DNA of 64,000 nucleotides from Octopus sinensis (GCF_006345805.1 NC_043008.1:54064001-54128000), one strand, 5' to 3'. Positions 52,321-64,000 are shown, numbered from the stretch's first letter. Translations and numbers: made by a program. Notes: generated by a model not told the origin, from the sequence alone.

Positions 52321-53642
52321 TGAGGTACATTCCAGACTTGAGACGGTTTTAGAAGAGGCAGATACAACTGTTCTAAATTATAGTAATTTTAGTATGTCAT
52401 TACTATACATCTAATAAGATTACCTGCCGACTCTTTTTTTTTTTCATTATTCCAGATTGAAGGAGGCGGTTGTAAAAGCTCTTTGAACAAATCCTACTAA
52501 ACATTTCTTAACACAGCTGACCAGTTTGCAGAATGCAGTCGAGACATGAAGACCATTTGGAAGCGTGCTTTGCAATGAAGTTTTGTCTTCAGCTCTGAAA
52601 AAAACACTACGGAAACTTATAAACGCTCCACATTGCTTATGGCTTCACTTGCCTGAACCGAGCATTTGTTTTTGGCCGGTACAAGAAGTTCAAGGATGGT
52701 AAAAAGAAGATGAAAAACGAGAGAGTTGCTGGAGAGAGAAGGGCGTCAGAACGTCAGAGCTAGTCGAGAAAATTCGCAATTTTCTGCGTAAAGACTGTCG
52801 TTCGTTTATAAAAACAATAAGCATACACTTCGGAGTTGATGTGGCAACTGTACACAAAATTATTCATGAAGACTGAACATGCGTAAAATTTGTGTAAAGT
52901 TTATTCCCAGAATGCTCAGCGACGAACGGAAAGAAAGACGCGTTAGAGATGGTTGAGTTTATTTCCTTTTGTCCAAGTGTACATGAGTCTCTGATGACTT
53001 GAGACAAAATCTAGATCAACGGTTATAATCCAGAGACCAAGAGGCAGAGTGCCCAGTAGAAGTATCCTGGTTCCGCCAGACCCAAAAAGGCTAAGCAAAG
53101 TAAGGCCACGATGATCTCCTTTTTCGTCAGAAAGGGCATCGTTTATATCCACTAGATTCCTTCTGGCCGGATGTTCAACAATAAGTACTTTGTGGTGTGG
53201 TTTGGGGGAGTTCAGGAAGATATTTCGTCGCAAAAGCCACAGCTTTTCCGCTCGGGTCGGTGGCACCTGCACCAAGACAATGCACCAGTCCCTAATTCCA
53301 TCCTGGTGACCAACACCTTGACTGAGATGGACATCAAAACTGTCCCTCACCCTCCCTGCAGACAGAGCTTGCTTCTTGTGACTTTTGGTCGTTCTCAAAG
53401 CTGAAGAACCTCAGGCGCATTCGTTTTGAAGAAATTGAAAAGATGAAGGAGGTTGTGATGAGGGCCCTAGACACCTTGACTTTGAAGGACTTCCATGGGG
53501 CCTTCACGAAATAGCAGGAACGCTACAACAAGTGAACTGAAGTTAAAGGTTCCTACTTTGAAGGATATTATAGTTTTGTACTTCTTTGAAATTAATAAAT
53601 GTATCCCCTAAAAAAGTCTCAAAACTTCTGAAATGCACCTTG
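52321..53642 (+). mobile_element. near full-length mariner (~1.3 kb), decayed transposase
   Basis: KFIPRMLS, GYNPETKRQSAQ, WHLHQDNAP, VPHPP; 3' TIR aaaaagtctcaaaacttctgaaatgcaccttg plus TA; degenerate 5' TIR tgaggtacattccagacttgagac. Confidence 0.92.
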
Positions 53643-53778
53643 TATTGGCCTTACCTTTGTTCTTAACCATGAACGCCATATCGCGAGAAACCATTTAGTA
53701 ACTGTGAGGAGAGGGCAACTCAAGACAGTTTATATCACCCCAGGTTTTACGTTTTATAAAACTCGGTATTTATAATCT

Positions 53779-54165
53779 ACTAGCAGTATCGCCCGGCGTT
53801 GCTCAGGTTTGTAAGGGAAATAACTATAAAGCATTTTTAGAGAGTTATAGCCAAAAAATAGCAAAAAAATGGAAAAAAAATGATGGTAAATTTTTTTTGA
53901 GAGTTAAAAAAGGTCGAGTTGCGTCCCCTAGACAGTCTGTGGTTTGGGTTTCTGATTCTCGACCCCATGTCGAATTTATCGATTCTTTTCAGAACTGGGG
54001 GAACTTTTCAAAATTTTCGCTGCGTTAGTTTTGAATTATGACATTGGGCTATGTGTGTGTCAAGTTTCATCAGAATCGGTTGAAAGCCGTGGTCAGGGTG
54101 AGGGTACAACCAAACAGACACACAGAAACACACACAGACAAACTGCCGTCTATATAGAGAGAGAT
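53779..54165 (+). mobile_element. non-autonomous Helitron/Helentron-like element
   Basis: 5' actagcagtatcgcccggcgttgctcagg; 3' aagtttcatcagaatcggttgaaagccgt...cagaca..tatatagagagat. This layout is typical of Helentron-associated (HINE/DINE-like) elements. Confidence 0.6.
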
Positions 54166-54743
54166 TCTTTCTTTCTCTCTTACGTTTTGAATTTCTCTCA
54201 ATATTATTCGTCCTTGAACTTGAACGGTGTGTATGTGTGTGCATGTAATTATAATTCGTTTTTGAACGTTATAAATTTAAATATACCTCAGTCCTTCTAC
54301 AACTAATACATACAAAATGCATCGGGAGTCCTTTTTCAAGCGATAATCTCTACTAGAGTACACAATAAACAGGGGTTTTATTACTATATCGTGGCTCCTT
54401 CTACCGTACGACCGATGTGAGTTCTGCAATTTCTTGCTGAAACAATTCGTACAGACGGTTTGCTTAAACTAATCAAATGCTTCTGCTGCACATGGGCTCA
54501 CAGCCTCCATTAAATTTACACCTGCCTGTGCACCTGCCTGTGCACCTACATGGTGTCTCACACATCAAATGTCGAAATGATTCTAGAGCAACATGGGATA
54601 AAATGTTTTGCTCCAAAACACAATACACTGTCGTGTACGGGAATGGAAACCACGATCCAGCAAACGTGAGTGCAACACATTTACCACTGGTCTACGCAAC
54701 CTCAAGATACCAATGTAGATTGATATAATAAGTAGACTAACTG

Positions 54744-55131
54744 GGGAGGCGCAATGGCCCAGTGGTTAGGGCAGCGGACTCGCGGTCATAGGATCGCGGT
54801 TTCGATTCCCAGACCGGGCGTTGTGAGTGTTTATTGAGCGAAAACACCTAAAGCTCCACGAGGCTCCGGCAGGGGATGGTGGTGATCCCTGCTGTACTCT
54901 TTCACCACAACTTTCTCTAACTCTTACTTCCTGTTTCTGTTGTACCTGTATTTCAAAGGGCAGGTCTTGTCACTCTCTGTGTCACGCTGAATACCCCGAG
55001 AACTACGTTAAGGGTACACGTGTCTGTGGAGTGCTCAGCCACTTACACGTTAATTTCACGAGCAGGCTGTTCCGTTGATTCGGATCAACCGGAACCCTCG
55101 TCGTCGTAACCGACGGAGTGCTTTCATCATC
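54744..55131 (+). mobile_element. young SINE family A with tail 1 and a 50-bp flanking duplication
   Basis: Flanks 54694-54743 and 55132-55181 are identical at 49 of 50 positions. Confidence 0.95.
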
Positions 55132-55750
55132 ACGCAACCTCAGGATACCAATGTAGATTGATATAATAAGTAGACTAACTGAATAAAAACATTTCGATGA
55201 TATAAATGTGTTTCTGCAATCTTGCTGTCTTAAATAAAAGAAAATCCGAATACAACCGGATTATATATACACTCTCGATAATAAGTCTGCATAAATATTA
55301 AAAGTCTTAATTCCACGAAGTTTCACTATTATTTTCATGTACGTAACTTTACTGACGCGACTTTATATATATATATAATCTAGATGAATTCAGATTTTTT
55401 TTTTCGTCCTGCACATCTGTGAAGACTATACATTAGCACAAACTAATTTTTCTCACTACGATACATATTCAATATATGTTTCGAAGTGTTTTTTCTTGTA
55501 TCAAGTTATCATAGTTATATTAAGTTACGTAGTAGTAAACCTAAATTATTGTCTACTCTCTTAGATTGCTTGTTTGAGTATGAATTTCAGAATATATTTT
55601 GAGAAATGTTTCCATCAATCACTCTAAATGTAATTATTTATTGTTCTTTTTCGTTTATTGACGCACTGTATAGCAGCACATCTACACACGTATCATAACT
55701 TTCAAGTCTAGGACGTTCCATATATACACACACACACACGCACACACACA

Positions 55751-55826
<76 letters not shown>

Positions 55827-55827
55827 G

Positions 55828-56024
55828 TTCTTTTATTCTTTTATTTGGTTCAATCATTTGACTGCGGTCATGCTGGAGCACCGCCCTTAGTCGAGCAAGT
55901 CGACCCCAGGACTTATTCTTTGTAAGCCTAGTACTTATTCTATCGGTCTCTCTTGCAGAACCGCTAGGTGACGGGGACGTAAACACACCAACATCGGTTG
56001 TTGGTGGGGGTCAAACACAGACAC

Positions 56025-56084
<60 letters not shown>

Positions 56085-56243
56085 GACGGGCTTCTTTCAG
56101 TTTCCGTCTACCAAATCCACTCACAAGGCTTTGGTCGGCCCGAGGCTATAGAAGAAGACACTTGTCCAAGGTGCCACGCAGTGGGACTGAACCCAGAACC
56201 ATGTGGTTGATAAGCAAGCAACTTGCCACACAGCCACTCCTGC
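55828..56243 (-). mobile_element. SINE family C, full length
   Basis: Head, (TA)n and tail all present. Confidence 0.92.
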
Positions 56244-56436
56244 GCCCACACACACACAACACACACACAACACACACAACACACACATATATATATATAT
56301 ATATATAATATATATATATAATCGGCAAGAATTCAGATTCTTATTATTTTTCTGGCTGATAACTCTTTAGGTGACACTCCTCGAAACTACATGTTTGCAG
56401 AAAGTCAATTGTATCCTGCAGGCATACACACACACA

Positions 56437-56474
<38 letters not shown>

Positions 56475-56484
56475 ACACACACCA

Positions 56485-56525
<41 letters not shown>

Positions 56526-56536
56526 TATATATATAT

Positions 56537-56569
<33 letters not shown>

Positions 56570-56572
<3 letters not shown>

Positions 56573-56763
56573 GGGGTGGAATTCACAAAAAAACAACAGA
56601 CGAAGAAGGTGGTGTAGAAAACAAACAGATGTATTAGTTTAACGCTCGGAAGTGAAAAAGTCTTTAACATTTCGAGCCTACACTCTTCCACAGTGAGGAA
56701 CACAGAAAGAAACAGGGAGAGAAAATAGAGAAGGTGTAGTGGCTAGCGATCTATCATGGCGAA
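56570..56763 (-). mobile_element. ~195-bp Penelope pLTR-like/retrozyme-like element within (TA)n
   Basis: Related to 20247-20463; variant hammerhead core at 56663-56693. Confidence 0.55.
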
Positions 56764-57484
56764 TATATATGTATATATATTCTTATTTTTCTTATTTGTG
56801 TCTCTTTTTAAACGTTTCAGTCTTTGGACTTCGACCATAATGGTGCACCTCTTTCAAAGATTTAGTTTATCCAGTGGTTAATTCTATGCTAAATCGCTGC
56901 ATTACGCGACATAAAGTGATATACCATAAATAATTTGGGCTTTTGGACATAAACAAAAATGTAGACACAGGCTCTCAAATTATACATATACATATGTATG
57001 AAACATACATACATGTAAAAATGCTTGTGTGCGTGCGAGTGTGTGTGGTGCGGTGGCTTTCTGCATTGTTTTTGTCTGTCAAATTCTAATCACAACGTAT
57101 ATAGTAAGCAAACTTTAGCTTTCAACACTACGTTTTAGTATATTTTTATTTATATCTATTCTTAATTCCCTTCGAGTTATTTTCTTTCGTTCGCAAACTT
57201 ATCTATCTCGTTCTGGAGGAAACGTTGCTTTGGTTTTACTATTTAGAAACACTTATACGATATATATTCCTTAAGACATATTTATTACATTATATGAAAT
57301 AATATTATATCATAGAAAACAGACATAATTTTAGAATGTAACCAATATATGACATATACCAATAAAGTATAGATACCGAATAATTTTTCACAAAATGGTT
57401 GCTTTACTTGGAGTTTTCTATATATGAGATCATTCGACTTAAGTAGCATTAATGTTGAATTCTCACTGCAAGCTTGTATATAGT

Positions 57485-57791
57485 TGTTGTTTGTTCCTTC
57501 TCGAGCCATGCCTGGCTCATAAGGGCCGGTTTCCCGGTTTCTTGGCGTATAGGTTCCCCACCTGGACGGGACGCCGGTCCGTCGCAGGTTAGCTGCAAGA
57601 TGCAGGAGGAAAGAGTGCGAGAAAATTGTGGCGAAAGAGTCAGCAGAAGTTTCGCCATTACCTTCTGCCGGAGCCGCGTGGAGCTTAGGTGTTTCGCTCG
57701 TAAACACACACCTCGCCCGGGCTGAGATTCGAACTCGCGATACTTCGACCGTGAGTCCGCTGCTCTAACCACTAGGCCATGTGCCTCTACA
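57485..57791 (-). mobile_element. SINE family A variant with tail 3
   Basis: 16-bp TSD caagcttgtatatagt at 57469-57484 and 57792-57807; tail shared with 4811-5120. Confidence 0.92.
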
Positions 57792-57982
57792 CAAGCTTGT
57801 ATATAGTGATTCACTTCGAATCCATAGGAAAACAAAATATGTATGTTTTTGGAATTTCTTTATGAAGACTGACTCATCAATGCTCTAAAAATGTCTTGTG
57901 TGCTTACAAAGTGGAATGCCAGAGTTTGCCACAGTTAAAATAGGACGATGAATAAGTTTATGCTATTTTTGTTTGTGTTCAG

Positions 57983-58062
57983 AATATTTTCTCTATCTGG
58001 ACTTAGTATTTCAGAAACCTCGTTTAGAAAATAGACTTCGTTATGTAAATAGATTATATCAG
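57983..58062 (+). CDS. candidate 80-bp internal exon of an unidentified host gene
   Basis: Acceptor tttttgtttgtgttcag, donor CAG|GTAAGA, one open frame (YFLYLDLVFQKPRLENRLRYVNRLYQ); no homology recognised. Confidence 0.25.
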
Positions 58063-58794
58063 GTAAGATCGCTCTTGCCACTAATCTGAAGATGTATATA
58101 TAAATTATAAAAAAAAAATTCTCGTTTACGGATATATTTCCTGTAATCTAGCTAACAAAAAAGTTCTAAGTCGGTGAGAGTCAGGAAACCCACAACCGTG
58201 ACACTACATATGGATTTTGCGGCCCTGCTGTATCTTGATCTGAGTAAAGTCAAGATTTTTGCATAAATAACGTATATTCATTGATCATATAGTTTTATGT
58301 TTCTGCAAAAGTTCTTTCATTTCTAAGTCACTAAAAATATCAACTTTCATTTTTATTTCTTACCTCAACATTTACAATTGCATTTCCATAATGCATGTAA
58401 TTACATTTTCTCGTATACGTAATAATATAAATTCCTTTGATACTGTTTATTAGTTTACATTTAATACATTACGCCCTTCAATCGTAAAAAAGATTTCTTG
58501 CTTTGCTCGTAAGCGGTCGTCGTTCGACTTTTTGATAATCACTCCTAAATTTCCAATAGTCTTACACAAGAAATATACGCTGGTTAATGTAGTTCTAGTT
58601 ATTCAAGACAAAAATAGCACAAAGCTAAAAAATGCCGGCATTTTTTCCCTATTCACTCACTTTTCTATATTTGCCAATCTTTATGTAATGCTATTGTGTT
58701 TTTTTATATTTTTCATGTAAACCATTTCAACACAATCTCACACGCACACACACGCTCACATACGTACATGCACACATGCACAAACACACACATG

Positions 58795-59339
58795 TATATA
58801 CATACATACAAACATACATACATACATACATACATACATACATACATACATACATACATACATACGTACATACATACATACATACATACATACATACATA
58901 CATACATACATACATACATACGTACATACATACATACATACATACATACATACATACATACATACATACGTACGTACATACATACATACGTACGTACATA
59001 CATACATACATACATACATACATACATACGTACGTACATACATACATACGTACGTACATACATACATACATACATACATACATAAATACATACATACATA
59101 CATGCATACATACATACATACATAAATACATACATACATACATGCATACATACATACATACATGCATACATACATACATACATACATACATACATACATA
59201 CGTACATACATACATACATACATACATACATACATAAATACATACATACATACATACATGCATACATACATACATACATACATACATACATACATACATA
59301 CATACATACATACATACATACATACATACATACATACAT
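58795..59339. repeat. (TACA)n array
   Basis: Direct reading. Confidence 0.97.
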
Positions 59340-59344
59340 GTTAA

Positions 59345-59545
59345 ATCGGGCCGTGCGCCATCATACTCAGGCTGAGCTTTTTTTATGCTCAATACGATTT
59401 TGATCGAATTCTGTTCTTCTTTCGTGCTTTGATTTCCTCTTTGATGAACAATCCTATACACGAGGTTTAGCCATCTATTTTCCAAATTCTTGACGCAGTC
59501 CTTATACTTTAATTTCGGTTTGTGTGTTGCCATTTTATCCTAGAC
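59345..59545 (-). mobile_element. RTE-clade LINE C-terminal fragment
   Basis: HKPKLKYKDCVKN and, in another frame, FDQNRIEHKK resemble RTE C-terminal motifs (PKLRYKD, FExxRI). Confidence 0.6.
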
Positions 59546-59700
59546 TAACACACTGCACAGAAATTGCCCACAAAAGAAAAAAATAGAGAGGGAGCGAGAG
59601 TAATAGACAAAGAGAAAAAAATCAACAAAATGAGATAATCCCACAATAAAGAATACTAGTCTCACACTTGCAGAAGCGGGATGAGTTAATTATTTATGTG

Positions 59701-59746
<46 letters not shown>

Positions 59747-59814
59747 GTGTGTGTGTATGTGTGTGTATACATACATACATACCTACATATATATATGTAT
59801 ATATATATATATAT

Positions 59815-59854
<40 letters not shown>

Positions 59855-59904
59855 ATATATATATATATATGTATATATATATACATATATTATTTCTCTA
59901 CTAC

Positions 59905-60097
59905 TCACAATGAGCTAAACACAGAGGGACAAACAAGGACAGATATCGACCACAGTGCGTAACTGGTGCTTAATTTATCGACCCCGAAAGGATGAAAGGC
60001 GAAGTCGACCTCGGCGGAATTTGAACTCAGAACGTAACGGCAGACGAAATACGGCTACGCATTTCGCCCAGCGTGCTAACGTTTCTGCCAGCTCGCC
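59905..60097 (-). mobile_element. SINE family D
   Basis: gtcgacctcggcggaatttgaactcagaacgtaacggcagacgaaatacggctacgcatttcgccc. Confidence 0.9.
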
Positions 60098-60102
60098 TAT
60101 AT

Positions 60103-60531
60103 ATGGTATTTTTATGTAAGCTTAAAGCTTATGGCGATCACCGTGCAATGACTACGGAAAATAGTCTAATAAAAGGGGCGCCGTATAAAACCATTCGCAC
60201 CGAAAGCATATAGAAAGTTTGTTTACATAAAAACTAACACAAACTATTATAGTTCTTAAATTTGACAGAAATGGGGAGGCTGATTCACCAGTGTAAAAGT
60301 AACACACTTAGTCACGTTAACAAAAGGATGTGGGTTTGACTGCCACGCGGACAGGAAAGCCGTCTTTTTTTCTGTCGAGGGCTTATATACCCCTTTATTA
60401 GACTATTTCCCTTAGTCATTGCACGGTGATCACCATAAGCTTTAAGCTTATATAAAAAAATACCATTATTATTATTTACAGGATTGTAAAAACAGCACAG
60501 TATAAAAAACCATTCGCACCGAAAGCATATA
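60103..60531. repeat. fold-back: ~76-bp inverted arms plus a ~28-bp direct repeat
   Basis: Arms at 60103-60178 and 60390-60466; aaaaccattcgcaccgaaagcatata occurs at ~60187 and ~60506. Confidence 0.88.
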
Positions 60532-60550
60532 TATATATATATATATATTA

Positions 60551-60681
60551 CATGGTGTCCCAAAAAAATGTATACACACCTTAAATAATTGTAAATTTGT
60601 TATTCTTTGTAAGCCTAGTACTTATTCTATCGTTCTCTTTTGCCGAACCACTATGTGTATACATTTTTTTGGGGACACCTG
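60551..60681. mobile_element. 131-bp Tc1/mariner-type mini-MITE containing a SINE-C fragment
   Basis: TA-flanked TIRs catggtgtcccaaaaaaatgtatacaca and (reverse complement) caggtgtccccaaaaaaatgtatacaca. Confidence 0.8.
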
Positions 60682-60683
60682 TA

Positions 60684-60775
<92 letters not shown>

Positions 60776-60776
60776 G

Positions 60777-60816
<40 letters not shown>

Positions 60817-60829
60817 ATCTAATTTTATT

Positions 60830-61085
60830 TGTTAGGGAATAAAAATTCCGGCATAACAGGGGTTTAAATTATTCTCAATGAGGAAATTATATCTTCATTT
60901 AGAGATAGTAGGCCCCTTCATCTCACCATATAAAAGAATTTTTATTTAAATACTTACTACTTTATAACTTGGCTACACGTGTTTCATGAGGTACATTTCC
61001 CGGTTCCTTAACCACGCCGTTTTGCTGGAACCACTCATAAAAGACAACCCCAATCATCAGGCCCCTATATCACTTGCTCATAGTT
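60830..61085 (-). mobile_element. Penelope pLTR-like element carrying a hammerhead
   Basis: Starts ttagggaataaa...acaggg after (TA)n, like the short remnant at ~13475-13545; contains a hammerhead fold. Confidence 0.5.
60971..61063 (-). ncRNA. type I hammerhead ribozyme-like fold with extended stem II
   Basis: GGC-CUGAUGA-U-UGGGGU...ACCUCA-U-GAAAC-ACGU-GUA-GCC, with an extra GGUUCC/GGAACC helix inside the stem II loop. Confidence 0.65.
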
Positions 61086-61447
61086 TGATGCTATAAACTA
61101 TATTTTTTGATACTATAATCTATATTTTTTAAACAAATAAATATGTGTAAACTAGGCATATATAAACGGGCTTCTTTCAGTTTCCGTCTACTAAATCCAT
61201 TTACAAGGCTTTGGTCGGCCCGAGGTTATAGTAGAAGGCACTTTCCTAAGTTGTCACTTAGTGGGACTGAACCCGGAATCATGTGGTTGGGAAACAAGAT
61301 TCATACCCCACTGGATATAAGACTATAACTAGAATCTGTTGTACACAATACATTAGCATGCATATACATCAGTATATATTTATCGATATATCTCTATCTT
61401 TGGTACTCGAATGATTTTTTTTCCACCTTGTTTTGCACCAATGTGCT

Positions 61448-61494
<47 letters not shown>

Positions 61495-62051
61495 GGGGGG
61501 TGAAAGGCAATTACAGTTAATCAAATGATTGTTCTTGTAGTGTTCAATACTGCATCATTGGCTAGAATATTCATTAAACAAGTGCTGTTGAATTCCTGTA
61601 CTGAATGTCTAATGTTTTGTCTATCAAATAAATTATCCAGAGAAGTAGATGAAATTGTAATTCATAGCCAAAAAGGATAAGAAACCGCAAGTATTCAAAT
61701 CGGATACAGCTTAGAACAGATTACATCAATTTCAATGCTTTCTAAAGTTCTATTTAGCTGGAAGTTATTAATCGCGTTATACCACCAACCAAATACGTGT
61801 AGAGGAATACTGATGATAAATCGTGACTTGTATGTCAATTTTGTTGTTGTACATGTTGAATTTTTAAACTAGTGACTATCTGGGGTTTTTTTTTCTTGTT
61901 TTAAACCACTTCATATTTCCAAGTAGTGAAAAATACACAAACGGAGCTTTTACAGAAACACTATTACTTACTCGATCTATTAACAAACACAGGATCTCCC
62001 GGCTAATCTGGCCGGGTTCCATATCCATCAATGTACGATAACTAACTAAAT

Positions 62052-62096
<45 letters not shown>

Positions 62097-62202
62097 AACT
62101 CACCCACGCACAAGACACAGAATTCTAATACGGTTGTAAATCTTGTATGTTTATGTACGAGTTAGTATGTGTGTGTCTGCTAGTCTGTGTGTGTACATAT
62201 AT

Positions 62203-62404
62203 ACTCTTTTACTTGTTTCAGTCATTTGACTGCGGCCATGCTGGAGCACCGCCTTTAGTCGAGCAAATCGACCCCGGGACTTATTCTTTGTAAGCCCAGT
62301 ACTTATTCTATCGGTCTCTTTTGCCGAACCGCTAAGTGACGGGGACGTAAACACACCAGCATTGGTTGTCAAGCAATGCTAAGGGGGAAAAACACAGACA
62401 CACA

Positions 62405-62447
<43 letters not shown>

Positions 62448-62607
62448 CGACAGGCTTCTTTCGGTTTCCGTCTACCAAATCCACTCACAAGGCTTTGGTC
62501 GGCCCGAGGCTATAGTAGAAGACACTTGCCCAAGGTGCCACGCAGTGGGACTGAACCCGGAACCATGTGGTTGGTTAGCAAGCTACTTACCACACAGCCA
62601 CTCCTGC
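62203..62607 (-). mobile_element. young SINE family C, full length
   Basis: Reverse complement gcaggagtggctgtgtggtaagtagcttgctaacc...; tail ggcggtgctccagcatggccgcagtcaaatgactgaaacaagtaaaagag. Confidence 0.95.
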
Positions 62608-62724
62608 GCCTGGTATATATATATCTTTGGTACTCGAATCATAACGGTTACCATGGTTTCATTCCTACCAATCGCTCCGGTTTCGACTCCTAGCCGACGC
62701 AGGTCTTCATTTTTATACTTCCAA

Positions 62725-63588
62725 CTATGGCTGTATGGTGGGGAGTGTCTTCTACAGTCTAGAGTTCCAGGCCGACCAAAGCTTTATGAGTAGATTTGGT
62801 GAACGAAAACGGAAAGAAACCCGTTGTGTATATATACAGGGGTTGGACAAAATAATGGAAACACCTAGCATCATAGCATCATAATTTTGAAATAGCTATA
62901 AAACCGTCAAAAGCTTGTTTATTTTTATGTTTTTTTTTTATTTATTATAAGTGTTACTTAATATGTTTTGCTAAAATTGCTTTTTCTTTTCAAATATCAT
63001 CAAAAAAAGTTAATCAAAATTCATTAGAATGACAGATCTATTAGACTTTCAAAGAGGCCAAATTGTTGGTGCTCGTATGGCAGGCGCTAACGTAACGAAA
63101 ACAGCCGAAATGTTTGGTGTATTAATAAGTACTGTCTCGAAAGTAATGACAGCCTTTGAGAAAGAGGGAAAAGCCTCCTCGTCGAAACAAAACTTCGGAA
63201 GAAAACCAAAACTTTCAGATAGAGACCGTCGTACTCTTACTCGAATTGTTAGAAAGGATTACAAAAGTACAGCTCCCAAAATTACTGCAGAGCCTAATGA
63301 ACACCTTGAGAACCCAGTTTCCACAAAACCGGATTTCATGGGAGGGCTGCAATCAGAAAACCACTACTTTCAATTTGTCGGCACGATGACACCTATTGAG
63401 GTACAACCATATGTCCTTCTCTGCCTTCCTATCTGCAAGCAATAAATAAGCCTGTTCCTTTCCTCATTGACATGTCACCTTTGAGAAATTCTTAATTCTT
63501 GAGATCATGAATAAATAGATAGACAGATAGGTAGATAGATAGTAGATAGACAGACAGACAGACAGACCGATATATAGATAGATAGATC

Positions 63589-63644
<56 letters not shown>

Positions 63645-63655
63645 TATAGATAGAT

Positions 63656-63712
<57 letters not shown>

Positions 63713-64000
63713 TTAGGCCACTGTTATATGTGTGCTTGTCTTTGTGTGTGCGTTTATGTTTATCAGTATAAAGTAATATAAAGTTGCATCTCTGTTTAAA
63801 TCATTGCCCCCCCCCCCACCACCACCACCACCGCTTGACAACCTGGTGTTGGTGTGTTTACGTCTCAGTCACTTAGCAGCTCGGCAAAATTGACCGATGG
63901 AATAAATACCAGACTTAAACAAAAATATAAGTACTGGGGTCGATTCGTTCGACTAAAATTCTTCAAGATGGTGCCACAACATGGCTGCCGTCTAATGATT
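62725..64000 (+). mobile_element. old SINE family C split by a Tc1 insertion
   Basis: Head remnant at 62725-62835; tail at ~63820-64000 (cgcttgacaacc...gaccgatggaataaatacc...gtactggggtcgattcg). Confidence 0.7.
62837..63372 (+). mobile_element. Tc1-family transposon 5' fragment
   Basis: TA plus TIR caggggttggacaaaataatggaaacacc; MTDLLDFQRGQIVGARMAGANVTKTAEMFGV..STVSKVM..GRKPKLSDRDRRTLTRIV (paired-like HTH and GRPR-like linker), then GFHGRAAIRKPLLS after a deletion; no catalytic domain. Confidence 0.93.

Noticed and set aside
59339-59552. Minus-strand exon with a good Kozak ATG (MATHKPKLKYKDCVKN...)
   Set aside because: The peptide resembles an RTE C-terminus, and the apparent GTATGT donor comes from the microsatellite.

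Overview
AT-rich (roughly one-third GC by eye), microsatellite-dense eukaryotic DNA. The tRNA-derived SINE families look like those of Octopus (coleoid cephalopod); this is recognition from memory, not a database hit. No intact protein-coding gene is supported: nearly all long ORFs in the track are translated microsatellites or decayed transposon fragments, so the window reads as a large intron or intergenic region. It holds about 30 SINE copies from four head types (my labels A-D), with bodies and tails recombined between them. It also holds three mariner remnants (one near full length), a Tc1 5' fragment, CR1/L2-group, RTE and R4/Dong LINE fragments, an 8-bp-TSD MITE, a Tc1-type mini-MITE and a Helitron/Helentron-like element. 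Best leads: (1) short elements embedded in microsatellites that carry minimal type I hammerhead ribozyme folds on the minus strand (20349-20383, 60971-61063, a variant at 56663-56693, and a relative cut off at the predicted cleavage site at 11950), as seen in Penelope-like elements and retrozymes; (2) modular SINEs whose internal microsatellite repeatedly hosts later insertions; (3) long inverted repeats that would be dsRNA/ADAR substrates if transcribed; (4) a 50-bp target-site duplication; (5) a locally templated insertion. Boundaries of decayed elements are approximate.
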